From Dicyema japonicum (lineage: Eukaryota > Animalia > Dicyemida), in the NCBI GenBank assembly GCA_011109175.1, contig RDEW01000035.1, forward strand, positions 579,179-643,178: 64,000 nucleotides of DNA, written 5' to 3'. Position numbers and translations under genes: made by a program. Positions 46,428 through 59,105 of the stretch are shown here, one piece after another (position 1 is the first letter of the stretch; each line of letters begins with the position of its first letter). A model generated the notes under the pieces. That model saw only the letters and a program-made list of their open reading frames with translations, was not told where the DNA came from and did no database searches.

Positions 46428-47997
46428 TTAAATGACATTTTCAACTTTGGGCTTTCTTCCTCATCCTTCTGGACTGCCCAGCTTTGTTCAGTTCCTTGTC
46501 CAAAAATAGTAAACACAGTAAATCCAAATGCTTGCAAAATGACGAGTATTCCGAACACCAATTGCCACTGGTAGGGTTTGTGCTAAAATTTAGGAGATCC
46601 ACTCACCTCATCTGTCACGATGGAATAAGCAATTTGTATGCTTGCAAGGGCTGTGAGGGTAGCAATCGTATTCATAACTCCGAAAACGATCCCGAATATT
46701 GTGGGCAGATGTCCCCAACGTTAGGCATGCTAACTGCGACCTCAAATCCGGCGAAGAAGCAAGCGATGAAAAATAGCACGATTCCCCAATATATTTTTCT
46801 GGGGGAATCAACGTCGCAAATATGAAGAACAATCCCGTGGGGAACAACGCTAAAGTTAACCAAGTCAATACAAATATATTCAGAAATTTCCTTATATTTA
46901 TTTTAGGGAATATATTTTTTGCCAATATAAAGTCAAATATGTAGCAGGAGACGATTCCACCAATCCACACTATGATCGGGCGAGGAACGAAAAATATTTT
47001 TGCTACAAATATTTGTCTCCCAAATACATCTTTAACTTCAATGTAGTACAAATCAGCGATTATTGAGGGCATCAGCGCTATAATGTAGTTCAAGCTTAAG
47101 CGGCAACTGAATGGCAAATAATTATGCTGATTACTGGTTTTGAAGAAAAGGAGGCTTTTACGGGAAAATTCTGAAAATAATTCGCAAACTTAAACCCTCA
47201 AGTTGGTGACTGGCTTCCTTCTAATATTCTCACCAATGAACTTCTTTTCCTTATCGCTCATCCACTTATTGTTCTGTGCATTGTCGGTATAGAAAACTAG
47301 CCAGCAAATAGCCCACAATAACCCAAAACCCCTGAAATTCATTACACCAGCCTCTACCTAATATATAAACGATAAAGGCCAGTTATGGGGTTGCTCGCGA
47401 TTGTTGATGGTACGCTCATTGCTAATATCGTTCCAAGATAAGTCCCTTGAATGCAGGAATTTTAGTTTACCTGGAAAGATCAGTCCTATTGCTCTGGACC
47501 GACAATTTTCGGGGTACCAATTGACCATTATGAGGAGGAAACAAGCTGGAAAGATCCCCTTCGAATACGTAAATGAAAAAACCTGACAGAGTCCAAATAC
47601 TACGCGAATTGTTATAGCAAGGTACGGGGACTTGGCAATTGCTACTGGGGTTGCGATACAAAGAAGAGAAGATAAAACTCCAGAGATTGCCATGAGTCTT
47701 TTAGAACCATATTTTTCTGCCAAAGCTCCCCCAGGGATCTGTAGTACCCAATATCCGGCATAAAATGACATCAGTGCACTCGACTTCTGCATCTGAGTCC
47801 AGGAAAATTTCTATTTTTAATTTCACGGTTAAATTTACGTTTTCAGCAGGCCCAGTTATGCTTACAACTTGAGCGATGATTACGTTGAAATTGGCCCTCT
47901 GGGCATAAACGAATACCCAGCTTGAAAAAATGAGCAATCCAACTATAATTCTTCCTTTCATCATATTCCAGTCAAAGATCTTAAGTTTGTCAAACAT
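46428..47997 (-). CDS. SLC17-family (sialin/VGLUT-like) MFS anion transporter
   Basis: YAQRANFNVII, FSWTQMQKSSALMSFYAGYWVLQIPGGALAEKYGSKRL, CQGIFPA...NWYPENCRSRAIG, NWPLSF, PNVGDICPQYSG; introns of 24-28 nt; some 1-nt indels. Confidence 0.88.
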
Positions 47998-48989
47998 CGA
48001 AGATCTCTCTATTTTTAAGTCTTAAATTTACCATCTTTTATTTCCAGATTTTCACGCGACTGCTCGTTTTCCATTAGAATTTGTATTTTTTGTATTTTCT
48101 GCGAATATTTATAGTAATTTTAATGTGATAATATTATCATTAAGGAATTGTGTTTTTCACATTATAATTGACCACTAAACTTTTATAAAAAAACAATTTA
48201 AGTGTAGTTTACTATCAAGAGAAGAGAACCCAAGAAGGACTTTGGTTGAGACAGAGACTCGAAATGGCAGTAATCAGAGGAACACTCACACAATCCTTGC
48301 CTTTTAGCTAAAGGACTTATAAGTTATATCTTTGTACGATAAAGACAAGTGGGAGTACGATAAATGCGAAGACAATATAGAGATGTCAATCACTCAACTG
48401 TATGATTGATTGACTCTTAACTATAATCATAACTATCGATCCTCATTGACATAATTGAGGAAGTCTCTCAAGTTAGTAACTGAGATCAATCTTTCTGAGA
48501 AAAACAGAAATACCTTTCAGAATACCACATGCCCGTAAGAAACGTGTTTTTAACTAGATGACTCAATACATCATCAAATCTTCATTATGGTCTCACATCA
48601 CCATTAAGAACTTCAGGAAGCTTGACATACAAGAAGTCCTTTCCAAGATGCTGCTAAATAGTCCTCCATTGTGACGTTTGTTGCATGCTTGGGTCCATCA
48701 TTAAAATATGAACAGATTCTATTCTTAGAATAAAAGTCACGTGCTCTTAAAATTTATCATTTTTGTATAATAGATAAAAACCACAAATTGAATTTTAAGA
48801 CAATTAAACAAAAGATTGACTGCTTGAAGTCACGTGGTAGAATGTTTACTATATTTTTGTACAAAAAATATTCATAATAATGGAACAGTGGTACTTCTCT
48901 GAAAGTCATTTAAAAAAACTCACATGCGCAGGATATGAATTTTATCAGCAATTATTATTTATTATTAAAAAGCACTCCCAAAAAACATA

Positions 48990-49540
48990 AATTAGTTAAG
49001 ATTCCCTTGTGACGTATTCCTAATCATCCTCTCCGTCAACCTCGACCATGATCCTCTGTTACGCGCTAGTTCTCGTAGGTATTCAGATCGTCTCATACCA
49101 ACCGCCGGTAAGTCTTCGTTCAAGATAGTCGGAAGTGTCGTTCTTGGTCTTCCGTGAAATCCGGCTACTGTGTGAGCGAAGTAGTTGACCATTGCGAAAT
49201 TTGAGGACCTGGTCATTTAGACGTCTTGATTAAAAATATCATCTGACAGCACGCCGTATTTGCATTTATTATAAAGGTTTGCGTCAGAGATCTTCATAGG
49301 CCAGTTAATCTTGATTACCGATTTGAGCTGAGCTCTGTGGAAAGAGTCAAGACGGTCCATTCCCGTTTAGAGATTCCCCGAATCCCAGAGTTGTAGGTTA
49401 GTACCGAGATGACAAAAGCTTTGTATACTCTAAACCTGGTGTTTAGTTCTATCCTCTTCTTGTAGCTAGGTCGCATACCAGTTGGTGTTTCTTGTGAGGT
49501 TGTTTAAGTCATCTGCAATTGAAAGTTCTCAGAGTAAACG
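48990..49540 (-). mobile_element. RTE-like LINE 3' fragment
   Basis: FHGRPRTTLPTILNEDL...LRELARNRGSWSRL (ORF 48992..49216). Confidence 0.8.
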
Positions 49541-50049
49541 GAGAAGTCTGTAGAGAATACGAATCAGCATTTAAATTAACCACAATTTGTATATTTATAC
49601 GATTATTATTATTTAGCTAAAAATCACTAATTATGGGGGAGCTCAGTATGGACCCCAACTTTTCTCAGTGTTTTCTCCGGAACCGACGCATTCCCTGTAA
49701 GCCTGTTTAAGGGCGATTTTTCACATTGGGCGAATGTGCCACCCGACTTTTTCACAATGTCCTGAAAGGGGGTTCCTTTGCATAACCATTAAGAGTGATA
49801 GATGGTTTGTCAGCTCTGGAATGAGTATAATTAATCTTCCCAACGTTTGATATGGTTAGTTTTGTTACCCAAGTGGAATAACCGATGGTTAAATTGTAAT
49901 CAGGGGACATAGCCGTGAATTGAATGATCACTTGAATTTGAGAGTAACATTTTAACAAAGTTCAATTTTCTTGCGCACACAATGATTATTATTATAGGCA
50001 CGTACGCGATGCCAAGATCATGACAAAGCATGTGCAACACGAAAAGTTA

Positions 50050-52960
50050 ACAATTTAATTAACGTCCCCCATCTTTTTCGATCCGTTGCCATGTTCCGTA
50101 GCGTATCCTGAGATCTTCATCTTGAATAACCGGCATTGTTGTCCTCGGCCGGCCGCGGAAACGAGAAGCTTCTAAGACAAAATAATCCTCCATTGTTATG
50201 TTGGCAGGGGTCCCCATATCGAGGCGGAGTATGTGTCCAAAGAGCCTCCATCTTGAATCAGTAATCTCACATGATATTGGCTCAGTTCCTGTTCTCTTGT
50301 ATAAGATTTCAAACTCCTTCGATATTTTTGTCTCTTGGAGACATCCGCTTGATATCTTGTATTTTGAAAGGTCTTTACAAAGTTCTTTTCTTTTCCATGC
50401 ACTAGAGAGTCCTTTGACATTGAACGTTAAAAGAGAGAAGTCATTTAGGTTGCAATTTTCGTGTTTTTCAGACATACTTTTCAAGAGGGACGTCACCACC
50501 TCAACCAAAACAATGATTAGGCATTCCAAAATAAAATTTGATAGAGTTTGAAGGTGGGTGCTTGTAGATAGGTCTTTCTTAAATCCACGTTGGAAGATTC
50601 GGCAAATATAAATGAATCCCATAAAGGACTATTTTTCTAAGATTTTGGGCAATGTGGATAACAGAGATATTGGTCTGTATTAAGAAGATCCTTCGGTTTC
50701 CTTGGTTTAAGTACTGAGAGGATGTGGGCTACTTTCCACATTTTGGGGATTGTGTTGATTGATAAGTTGTAAATCTGCGTTAAAACTTTAGGACCATAAC
50801 TTCCTGAGCACAATTAATGGTGCACTATCTGGTCTCCAAGGTTTGTTTTTGAGTTTAATAGCATCTTCAAACTCTTCAGGAGACAAGAAAACAAATATGT
50901 AAGTATCGATTAATTATTTTTGTTTGAATTTCATAAAAATTAAGGTTTTAGTTACAACTTGTCTCTGTAGCGAGGCTATCATCTCCAATTGTTAGGATCT
51001 TTCAGTTTTCCAGATCATTCAGAGTCCGTTGAAGGTTTTTCCTTGTAGAAAGTTTTTTTTGAAATGTTTTCTTGTAAATCATATTCTTCGAATAGCACTA
51101 ATTTTGAGCAAAATTCAAAAACTGATTTTATTTTGGAATTGGCCTATAGTTTTGTAACACCAAATAGTTCAAACTCGCTAGAGCCTTCATACCACCTACA
51201 ATTTGAGCAAAAAAAGAAAATTAGAAAGGTCTCTTCGTGCTAGTTCTCGCCATAAAAGTATCACTACTTAGGTAAATTCTACTATCTGTGGGTTGAATAA
51301 TGGATTCTCCATGAGCCGAGCGAACAAATTTGATATTCTCAGTTAGACCTTTCAGTTTTTCAACATCCATACTAAGCAGTAACAGAGACGCCTCTCTATC
51401 TACCAAATTGGTGATTTCTCTCCCAGTTGCAAGTCCTCTCAGTGAACTCATATCATACGGAAACTGTCTTTTTCAAAATCATCCAATCGTTCGTTATTAA
51501 ATATTGCAGATTAGTGAGAGAAAATATATTACCGAGCTCACGTGCTCTGCTTGTGTAGCGTTGTCCACATGGCACACCCAAATATTACTGACATTACACT
51601 TCATTGGTTTAGAAACCTGAAATTACAATTTGCATTGTTAAACAACTCTTTCTTGTTCTGTTACTGTACTACAGCCACTCGTTGGCGATCAATTGATTGA
51701 ATTAAACCACGTGCTATAAGTTGAACTCATAAAGCTGAGCCTTCTTGTCTTCAATGTTTTCACTTTCTTCATTTATCAAATCTATTTGTTCTTGTTTCCA
51801 CTCTGAGAGGAGAATAGGGAAAATGACTTTCTAGAAGATTGAAAGTCTTTGGTCGTCTTGGGTTTCTTCCTCGCTCGTAGCCTAATCGGACTTGTTTTTC
51901 AAAAAATTAGCATTTGCATCTGTTCTTACCGCCATTTTAGTAACCTTGATTTTCTGTTTTTTTCGAAGCTCATGCAAAGTTTCACAGACATGGAGTGACC
52001 CTTACTCATATAGACCCGAATTCCCTCTATTGTGTACTGACTTCATGAAAAGTGTGGACGGTCTCTTTTTGAAAATGTTCGGTAATAGTCTCAGTTTTTT
52101 CTTTATTATCCAATATATTTCTTCCTTGACTGTCGTGAATACAAATATTCGTAGGTTGAACTCCCTTCTGCAAAAAGCGAACTACTCGAAACATTTGCGT
52201 TCCGTACCCCCAACTTCTCAATTTCACTGACACGTTCGTTACTTTCTTGACATAAATTTCCTTCATCCTCCTTCTAATCTCCTTGACGATTCGTTTTCTT
52301 TCTCTTGTTAATTCGTTGTAAGTATCATTATTTGCACACGATTCCATTCTCAGCCTCAATTTTTTTTGTTTAATTGATATTCCAATTTCGTGATCGAAGA
52401 TCCCTTTAAATCCTGCCAGCCTTTTTTCCCCAAGCACGTCGAAACTTGCCTTCTTTATTCCATCAACAGTAGCATTCCAAATCATCTCTGGGGATTTTCC
52501 ATATTTATGTTCACAATCTCCTTCTTAATTGCCATACAATAATCCTCACGCTTCTTCTCACATAAGCATAATTTTTCCACAATGAATCGATCCGATAAGT
52601 TCTCTTTTTTCTAGCTCCATCTATTCGGAAATATCTTTTCATTCTGAAACGTGCAACCAGCAGCTATGATCACTATAAGTGATGGTGCCTCCATAGCTGC
52701 GAGAGTCTGTTAGTAAAGCACGAAGAGATCTTTTAGATATAACATAATCAATCTGGTTGTATATCCGGACATAGTCACCATTTCCATCCTTTCTGAGTCC
52801 AGTCCACGTAGTCTTGTGCCTCGCATTGTGGTCGAATGCAGAATTATAAATGAAGTAGTCAAACAAGTTACAAAATTGCACGAGCGATTCTCCTGACATA
52901 TTCCTCCTCCCCCTGGCATGCCTACCCATACAGGGTTCTCTCCATAGAAAGTGTCATACT
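50050..52960 (-). mobile_element. Cluster of decayed RTE-like LINE fragments
   Basis: WRLFGHILRLD...GRPRTT, TFNVKGLSS...GCLQETK, GRHARGRRN...YNQIDYVI...TYSDH (ORFs 50059..50622, 52027..52485, 52639..52929). Confidence 0.75.
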
Positions 52961-55560
52961 TTAACATTCCAATCTCCACGACATGGCTTTAATACAAGAG
53001 ACGAAACTGCCTGAGAACAGTCCTACCCCGATGTTCCCTGGATACGAGTCAGTACGGACTGACCGAAAGAGGAAGCGGGTGGTGGCCTCCTCATTTTATA
53101 TCGGAAAGACCTTAAATGTGAGGACATCATTTCAGTTGTGAAGAATATCTTGGGAGACGACGATGTTACTGAAGTCAATGCAGTCTACTTGAAACAACAA
53201 ATGGAAAAATTACCTTTTGTGAACGTCTATGTACCCCACTGGTTCTTGCCCGAAGCACTACAATATGCCAATTTATCTACCTTGGCTTCTTTGAACGACG
53301 TGATCATTGGCGGGGATGTCAACGCAAACACCCTCTGTGGCTGGCAAGACAACCGTCCGACTCAAAAGGAAAAGTACTACTTTCGCAGACAGGCCTTTCA
53401 CGGTCATGAATGACCCGTCAAAACATACGAGAACCCCTTCAGGGAGTCAGACATCACGCTTTGTTCTCCCGACCTGGCGGCAATATCGACTTGATCAGTC
53501 ACTTACAACTCAAGAAGCGACCATAATTTCATCCTTTTGGAGATCAAGAGAGAAACGTCAACTAGGATGAGATCCCCAGAACAATTCAACTACAAACGCG
53601 CAGATTGGAGACTTTACCGTACACTCACTGACAATCTACTGCAGCACCTGGATGGTATTACTTCCATGGACAAAGTAGTCGCTTATGTAAACCGCACTAT
53701 CTTGGACGCGAGATCACTATCTGTACCTAAACACCACCTAAATACACCAGGGGATATGGCAGGTCGACATTAACCAAGGAAAGAAACGAACTCAAAAGTC
53801 TGTCCGATTAACTTCTGAGGATAAATATAGACTCAAAACTTTGAACAATGAACAAAAAACAGTGAGGCAAAATCACAAATATCAAGATGGAAGCATGTGT
53901 TTTCCTCGTTGAATAGAAATAGACCCACTACTGTAATTAAGAAGACCATCCGAGACGCTTCGAAAGGGGATGAAAGATCGTCCGATGTGGACCACAGCCA
54001 AAAGGACATAAACAACCTAATAAAATACTATGTGAAAATATCTCATAAAGACCATAAGAAGTTGGATGTACCCCCGAAACATCTCAGTAAACCAAAAAAG
54101 AACCGGAAACGATTCACTTCACTGAAAACGACGTGAGATATACATTGAAAGCCATTAAAAAACCTATTCTAACGGACCGGATAAGATCCCAATGACCTCT
54201 AAAGAATTGGGAGACTATAGAATCGCTGCATTAACGAAGAAATTCAATCACTCCATTAACAAAAATTGTATTCAAGCATTATGGAAGCTGCCCACCTACG
54301 TCCAATTTTGAAACCCGGTAAAGTGAAGAAGGACCCAGCTACATACAGACCGGTCGCGTTATTGTGTTCGATGTCGAAATCCTGGAAAGGCTGGTTTTTG
54401 CGAAAATCAAATATTTCCTCCCTGATTTGTCATTTCAACATGTTTTAAAACGGAGAGTCTACTTCGACCCACTTATCTGCATTGACTAACTTTATACGAT
54501 ATGGTTTCTGCACAACCGGGACACATGAAGACTGTACTTTGCTCCATAGACGTCCACAAGGCTTTCGACTCTGTGTCAAGGCAGATTCTTACTTGGAAAT
54601 CAATAAAATTAATTAAACATGAGCATATGCGTCTAATTATTGGAATGGTGACGGAGGCTTGGAAATCAAAAGGCGAATTGCCATGGGACGAGACACCTTC
54701 CAGAGAATGAATACAATTTGGAAAAGCAAAGATATTTGCTCAAGGACTAATTGCAGACTGGTTAATGCAGTCGTGTTCCCGGTTTTTCTATACGGCGCAG
54801 AATCATGGATACTGAAAAAGGCGGGTAGACGAAAAATTGATGCTTTTGAGCTGTGGTGGTGGACGAGGTTACTAAGAATACCTTGGACTTCCAAAATAAC
54901 AAACATCGATGTACTCAAACGGGTGGAGACGGACAATTCGCTAGAAGGAAAAATCGTAAAATACAGATTGGAGTTCTTTAGACATGTTGTCCGCTCTAAT
55001 TCACAGGAATGAATCATTATACTGAGCAACATTACTGGGAAGAGAAGACCTGGCCGACCGAGGATTCGGTGGCTATCCACGGTGGAAGACATCACGGGAA
55101 TGCCTATATCAAGGCTACTCCAAATTGCAACGGATCGGGGAGAATGGAGGAAACTCGTTCATGAGATCTAACCATCCTGAAGTAGGAGAAGCTATTCGTT
55201 CGTCCCGCAACAATTACCAGGCAAACTAATAAGTAGTTGCTTGGCAAGGGAGGGAAAGTGTTGTTGGCTACAATTGTAGGCCGTTTTCTCAACGAGCTGG
55301 TGACCCACATGCAATCGATCGTGATACGAATCCTTGGATACAACGAGTTTCTGAGTCGTCCTCCACCGAACATCGATGATAGTGAATCTTATTCACTTCG
55401 TTAAATTCATGTAAATCTGGTCTGCCTCCACTGTGGTCAACACATGGACTCAATTCATACCTATACAAGACCAGACAGGCAAAATCGTCACTTTACCCTT
55501 CATGTTCACTCGATGACCACAAGATATATCATCCTTTTATGTGTACTGGTTTTCTTTCTG
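52960..55560 (+). mobile_element. Decayed I/Jockey-group LINE (EN + RT + CCHC-like knuckle) interrupted by an RTE piece
   Basis: FPGYESVRTDR, VNVYVP, IIGGDVNA, ILKPGKVKKDPATYRPVALLCSMSK, IDVHKAFDSV, CLHCGQHMDSIH. Confidence 0.8.
54628..55150 (+). mobile_element. Internal-to-3' piece of the RTE family at 9650-11886, lacking its tail
   Basis: Highly similar to ~11310-11842 (EIKRRIAMGRDTFQRM...RRKIDAFELW...). Confidence 0.88.
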
Positions 55561-56200
55561 TCTCTCCGTCCCATGGAATCAATTTTCCCGATATCTTGTG
55601 GTCCGTCTATGGTAGTTACGTTCTTGTTAGTCTCTGGTTTCCTTTGCTTGAAGGGACCAGCTATAAACAAATAAATATTTAAACCATTAGCAACCTTCCT
55701 CGCCTGCATATTCGTCGGCCTCTTCAGGAAGGTTTGATTCTGATTGATGGAACAACTCCGACAGCATATTGTATAATCGAGCCCTCCGCCTTTATGTGGG
55801 CTCCAAGCTCTGCCTCCTGTAATCCAATGTAAGACTCTTTAAGGTTCGCTTTAAAACACTAGACTGCATGTAGGCCTGGAGCTTCATATTAAAAATTTGA
55901 AATTTTACTATTATTTTTAATTTATAATTTAGACAAACTTTAAATTTATTACAAATTGAAACAATCTTAGATGCAACGTCATGAGTGATTTATCAACACG
56001 GGACCGGATTGTCTCAGGGACTCACACACAAGCAAAAAAGAAAAGAACAAAAAATTAACAATCTCGATGTCTCGGATTATTTAGCATGACTGTTCTTACT
56101 AATTAAAAAAGTGTGAGTTCTGCTTATCTGAGGTGAGTAATGGCAACATAACTACTCCTCGACGGAAAAAACCTTTAGCCTTGGCCGAATAATCTGTATA

Positions 56201-57520
56201 CAGTAAACCCTTATTAATCCGAACAAAAAAATTGGATGCCTTTCGGATTGTGACGGAAATAAATATACTACTTTCATTGTAATCAATATTTATGTGTTCA
56301 TATATAATAATCTCAACATTTTCAGCATCAATGGTTCCCTCGTCGACATTATAATCATGAAAAAATGACGATTTCGTTCTCGTCGGATTTTCTGTTTGAG
56401 TTATTTCTTATTCTTCCAGTTCTTTTTGGAAGTCATTCAAAACAGGATCTTGCATGATACCTATTAGCAAATCAACCAGGACATTTAATTGCCCCTGTAG
56501 GATAAGATGGCCATCCGTAAATTCACAAAATTTTTTACAATAAGGGCTTCCATATAATCCGAAATAATAAAAAACTTTTTTCTTAAAATTTTAACTGATG
56601 AAACATTAAAAAGTTCTGTTGTTATCCATACTACAATATTTTTCAAAATCGAAATCTTTTAAACATTTTGGACTTTACTGTGCCCAATAAAAAAAAGTTT
56701 AATTTTTATTGTTCCAGTTGTATAAACACAAAGAGCAATAGTGATCCTTACTTTCGATTGCTTTATATCTTTTCTGTCTAGAAGGGAAAGATTGAAAACA
56801 GGATCCAGTTTCATCCACATTTAGCAATACTTCAAGGCTAACTGAAAACAGGATCCAGTTTCATCCACTTATGAATCATATCTTGTCTATTCAAGTAAAT
56901 TTCATCTTGTGCTAAGCTGTTAGCTTCTCGTAGAATAACTTTTAGTTTGAGATTAAATCTTCCTTTAAAGACATTACTAAATTAAAGGTCATTGATTCCA
57001 AGCTTTCATCAAATACCTTAGCTTTTGAAATGATGATATCTTCAGTAGTGAAACCATTGATTGCATCCATCCTCGAAATCCATTCAACAAGTGAATTATC
57101 AAGTTGATGATGTTTACTACTGTCTTAACTTTTTAATCAGTTTTGCAATTTTTCACGGTTTTTAAGAATTTACGAAAGCGTCGAAATTACCAAATAAAGT
57201 TTCATTTTTATTTTACAAATATGGGATAATTCTCTGAGAGTCATTTTTTGATGTATTTTTCATTTCACTATTCTCTTTTCTATGGAATAGAAATTTCGAC
57301 CCTCTTTCTAACCACGTTGCACTGTAAGATTTAAATGTAAAATGTATATTCATTTAAATGTAAAATATATATACAAAATAAATTAATCCGAAATTTTTAA
57401 TAAATGTTTTTTCGGATTGCGGATTATGAAGTTCCGGTTTATTGAAGCCTGTTTGTATGGATCTTCGTAAAATTCTGCTAACTCGTCAAAAAAATTCGGA
57501 ATATTGAAGTTTTCGGATTA
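56201..57520 (-). mobile_element. Decayed pogo/Tigger element, second copy of 24553-25970
   Basis: TA+CAGTAAACCCTTATTAATCCGAAC left TIR; repeated TTCGGATT subterminal motifs; colinear with the 24.5-26 kb copy. Confidence 0.8.
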
Positions 57521-58463
57521 TGTTTTTTCCTTTGATGTGTTTAAATATTTTTTCAAGAAATACTTTAAAGGATATCTGTCCTCGAAAAATCAGATAAGAC
57601 TTTACCGATATCACAAAGTGGTCTTTTATGTTTAGCATTTGATTGCTTAGTCCTGAATTTCTTTAAAACTAACATATCTCCCCTTTTATTTTTCAAAGAC
57701 AGGGGAACCTCCAAAACAACAAAAATATTTTTATCTTTATTGTTTCCGATTTTTTTATGTTAATGAGGTCCAACTGAGGAGATGAGGGATCTGACGATGT
57801 TTATAATCCATGTGGGAGGACTAAGACACTATACTCTGTGATAAGCTCCTAGATTCAGTCTTTGTTGTTCCGATTGTTTTGATGAGTATTGTGAACTTAG
57901 CTTTGATAAAACTATTTATAAGGTTTTTCTGTTAATTCAGATTTTATCAACTCAAATAAATTGTCATAATCAGGTTAATGTTGTGGCAATAAAATGAATA
58001 TAACCTGTAACGTTTGTCAAATTTTGTCAGTTTAAGTTTGTGGCATTTTCCGTTATTAGATTCTGTTTTACAGCCCAGGTGGGTTATTTACGTCCAATGA
58101 TTGACATAATTGTGAGAATATCACATTTGCTCTTTCTTGTTGGAAATGGAAGTAAATTTTATTTTCACCAAATTAAGTCGGTTTGTGGCAATCGAATCTC
58201 GTGTAATATTTCCTTTGATTTTAACTTTGAAAAATCATCAAAATCTCCCAATGAAGGTTTTCCTGAACATCCCTCGTGTCGGAGATCAAGCTATACCTGT
58301 ACGCCTGTACGAAATATGAGAAAAAACCTTTCCCTTATTGAGATTAATCCAGAACTCCAGAACTAACCGGATAACACCGGGATCACTTAACTTAGACGAT
58401 GACCCTTCTCCTCTTTCTTCTGATTCGGGGGTTAGTAAATTAAACGAGTGCTACACACCGCGC

Positions 58464-58471
58464 TATATAAA
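58464..58471 (+). promoter_or_regulatory. Candidate TATA box of the RGS gene
   Basis: TATATAAA in a locally GC-rich context ~30 nt upstream of ATG 58495. Confidence 0.4.
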
Positions 58472-58494
58472 GCGTTCCGCCCAACGATTACAGA

Positions 58495-59105
58495 ATGAAT
58501 TTTAATATTCGTACACTAAACAGTATTTTCCCTCAGAAAAAGAATTTAACCATTCAAAATGCCCTGGTATTTATAAAATCATGATTCAAAGACTTTGAAG
58601 GATCAGACGGAGTTTCCTGGACTTTCTCAAGTCTTGGGTGATTCCAGAATGTGCGAGCTATTCACAAAGTTCTCAATAACAGAGTTCAGTGACGAGAATG
58701 TCGAGTTTTGGAAGAAGGTGAATACTTACAGGACCATCAGTGACCATGACAAAGTATCCATTCATCTTAGATTAGAGACGCAGTGAGGCTCAGAATATTT
58801 ATAAAACATTTTTTAACGAAGAATCAAACTTTACTATCAACATCTGTCCAGAAACCAAAAATGAAGTTGCCCACGTGCTTAATAATCCGACAATCAATAT
58901 CTTTGACAAAGCACAGAAAGAGGTTGTATTTTGTCAAAATTAGATTTTTGATATCATGGACAATGACACTTTCGTGCGATTTCAGCAATCCAAGTACAAC
59001 TCCAAAATTATGAATATTCATGAAAAGAAAAATAAATTTAAAATTTCAGTATTTTATGGTTTTAAATTAGAAAAATATATTAATGTTAAAACGGAATTTT
59101 AAAAA
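58495..59105 (+). CDS. Small RGS-domain protein (regulator of G-protein signalling)
   Basis: FTKFSITEFSDENVEFW, EAQNIYKTF, INIC, FDKAQKEIFDIMDNDTFVRF; introns 58511-58536, 58567-58591, 58754-58775, 58923-58943; one 1-nt indel ~58628; exact stop uncertain (59102 or ~59108). Confidence 0.88.

Noticed and set aside
9385-58494. AG acceptors a few nt upstream of start codons (CCDC65, KDM8, RGS) as signs of spliced-leader trans-splicing
   Set aside because: AG is common by chance, GTF2F1 lacks one, and no SL RNA gene was recognised; needs 5' cDNA ends.
8070-58640. Single-base frameshifts in conserved genes (CCDC65 ~8085, KDM8 ~17110 and ~17694, M16 peptidase ~36372, GTF2F1 ~39400, SLC17 ~47390, RGS ~58628) as programmed frameshifting or insertional RNA editing
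   Set aside because: Several fall in short homopolymers (CCCC, GGGG, AA), share no motif, and match long-read assembly indel behaviour. A short-read pileup would settle it; RNA-only insertions would revive the idea.
2954-59105. Non-standard genetic code (stop-codon reassignment)
   Set aside because: In-frame stops disappear once micro-introns are removed, and genes end on TAA, TAG or TGA at plausible positions.
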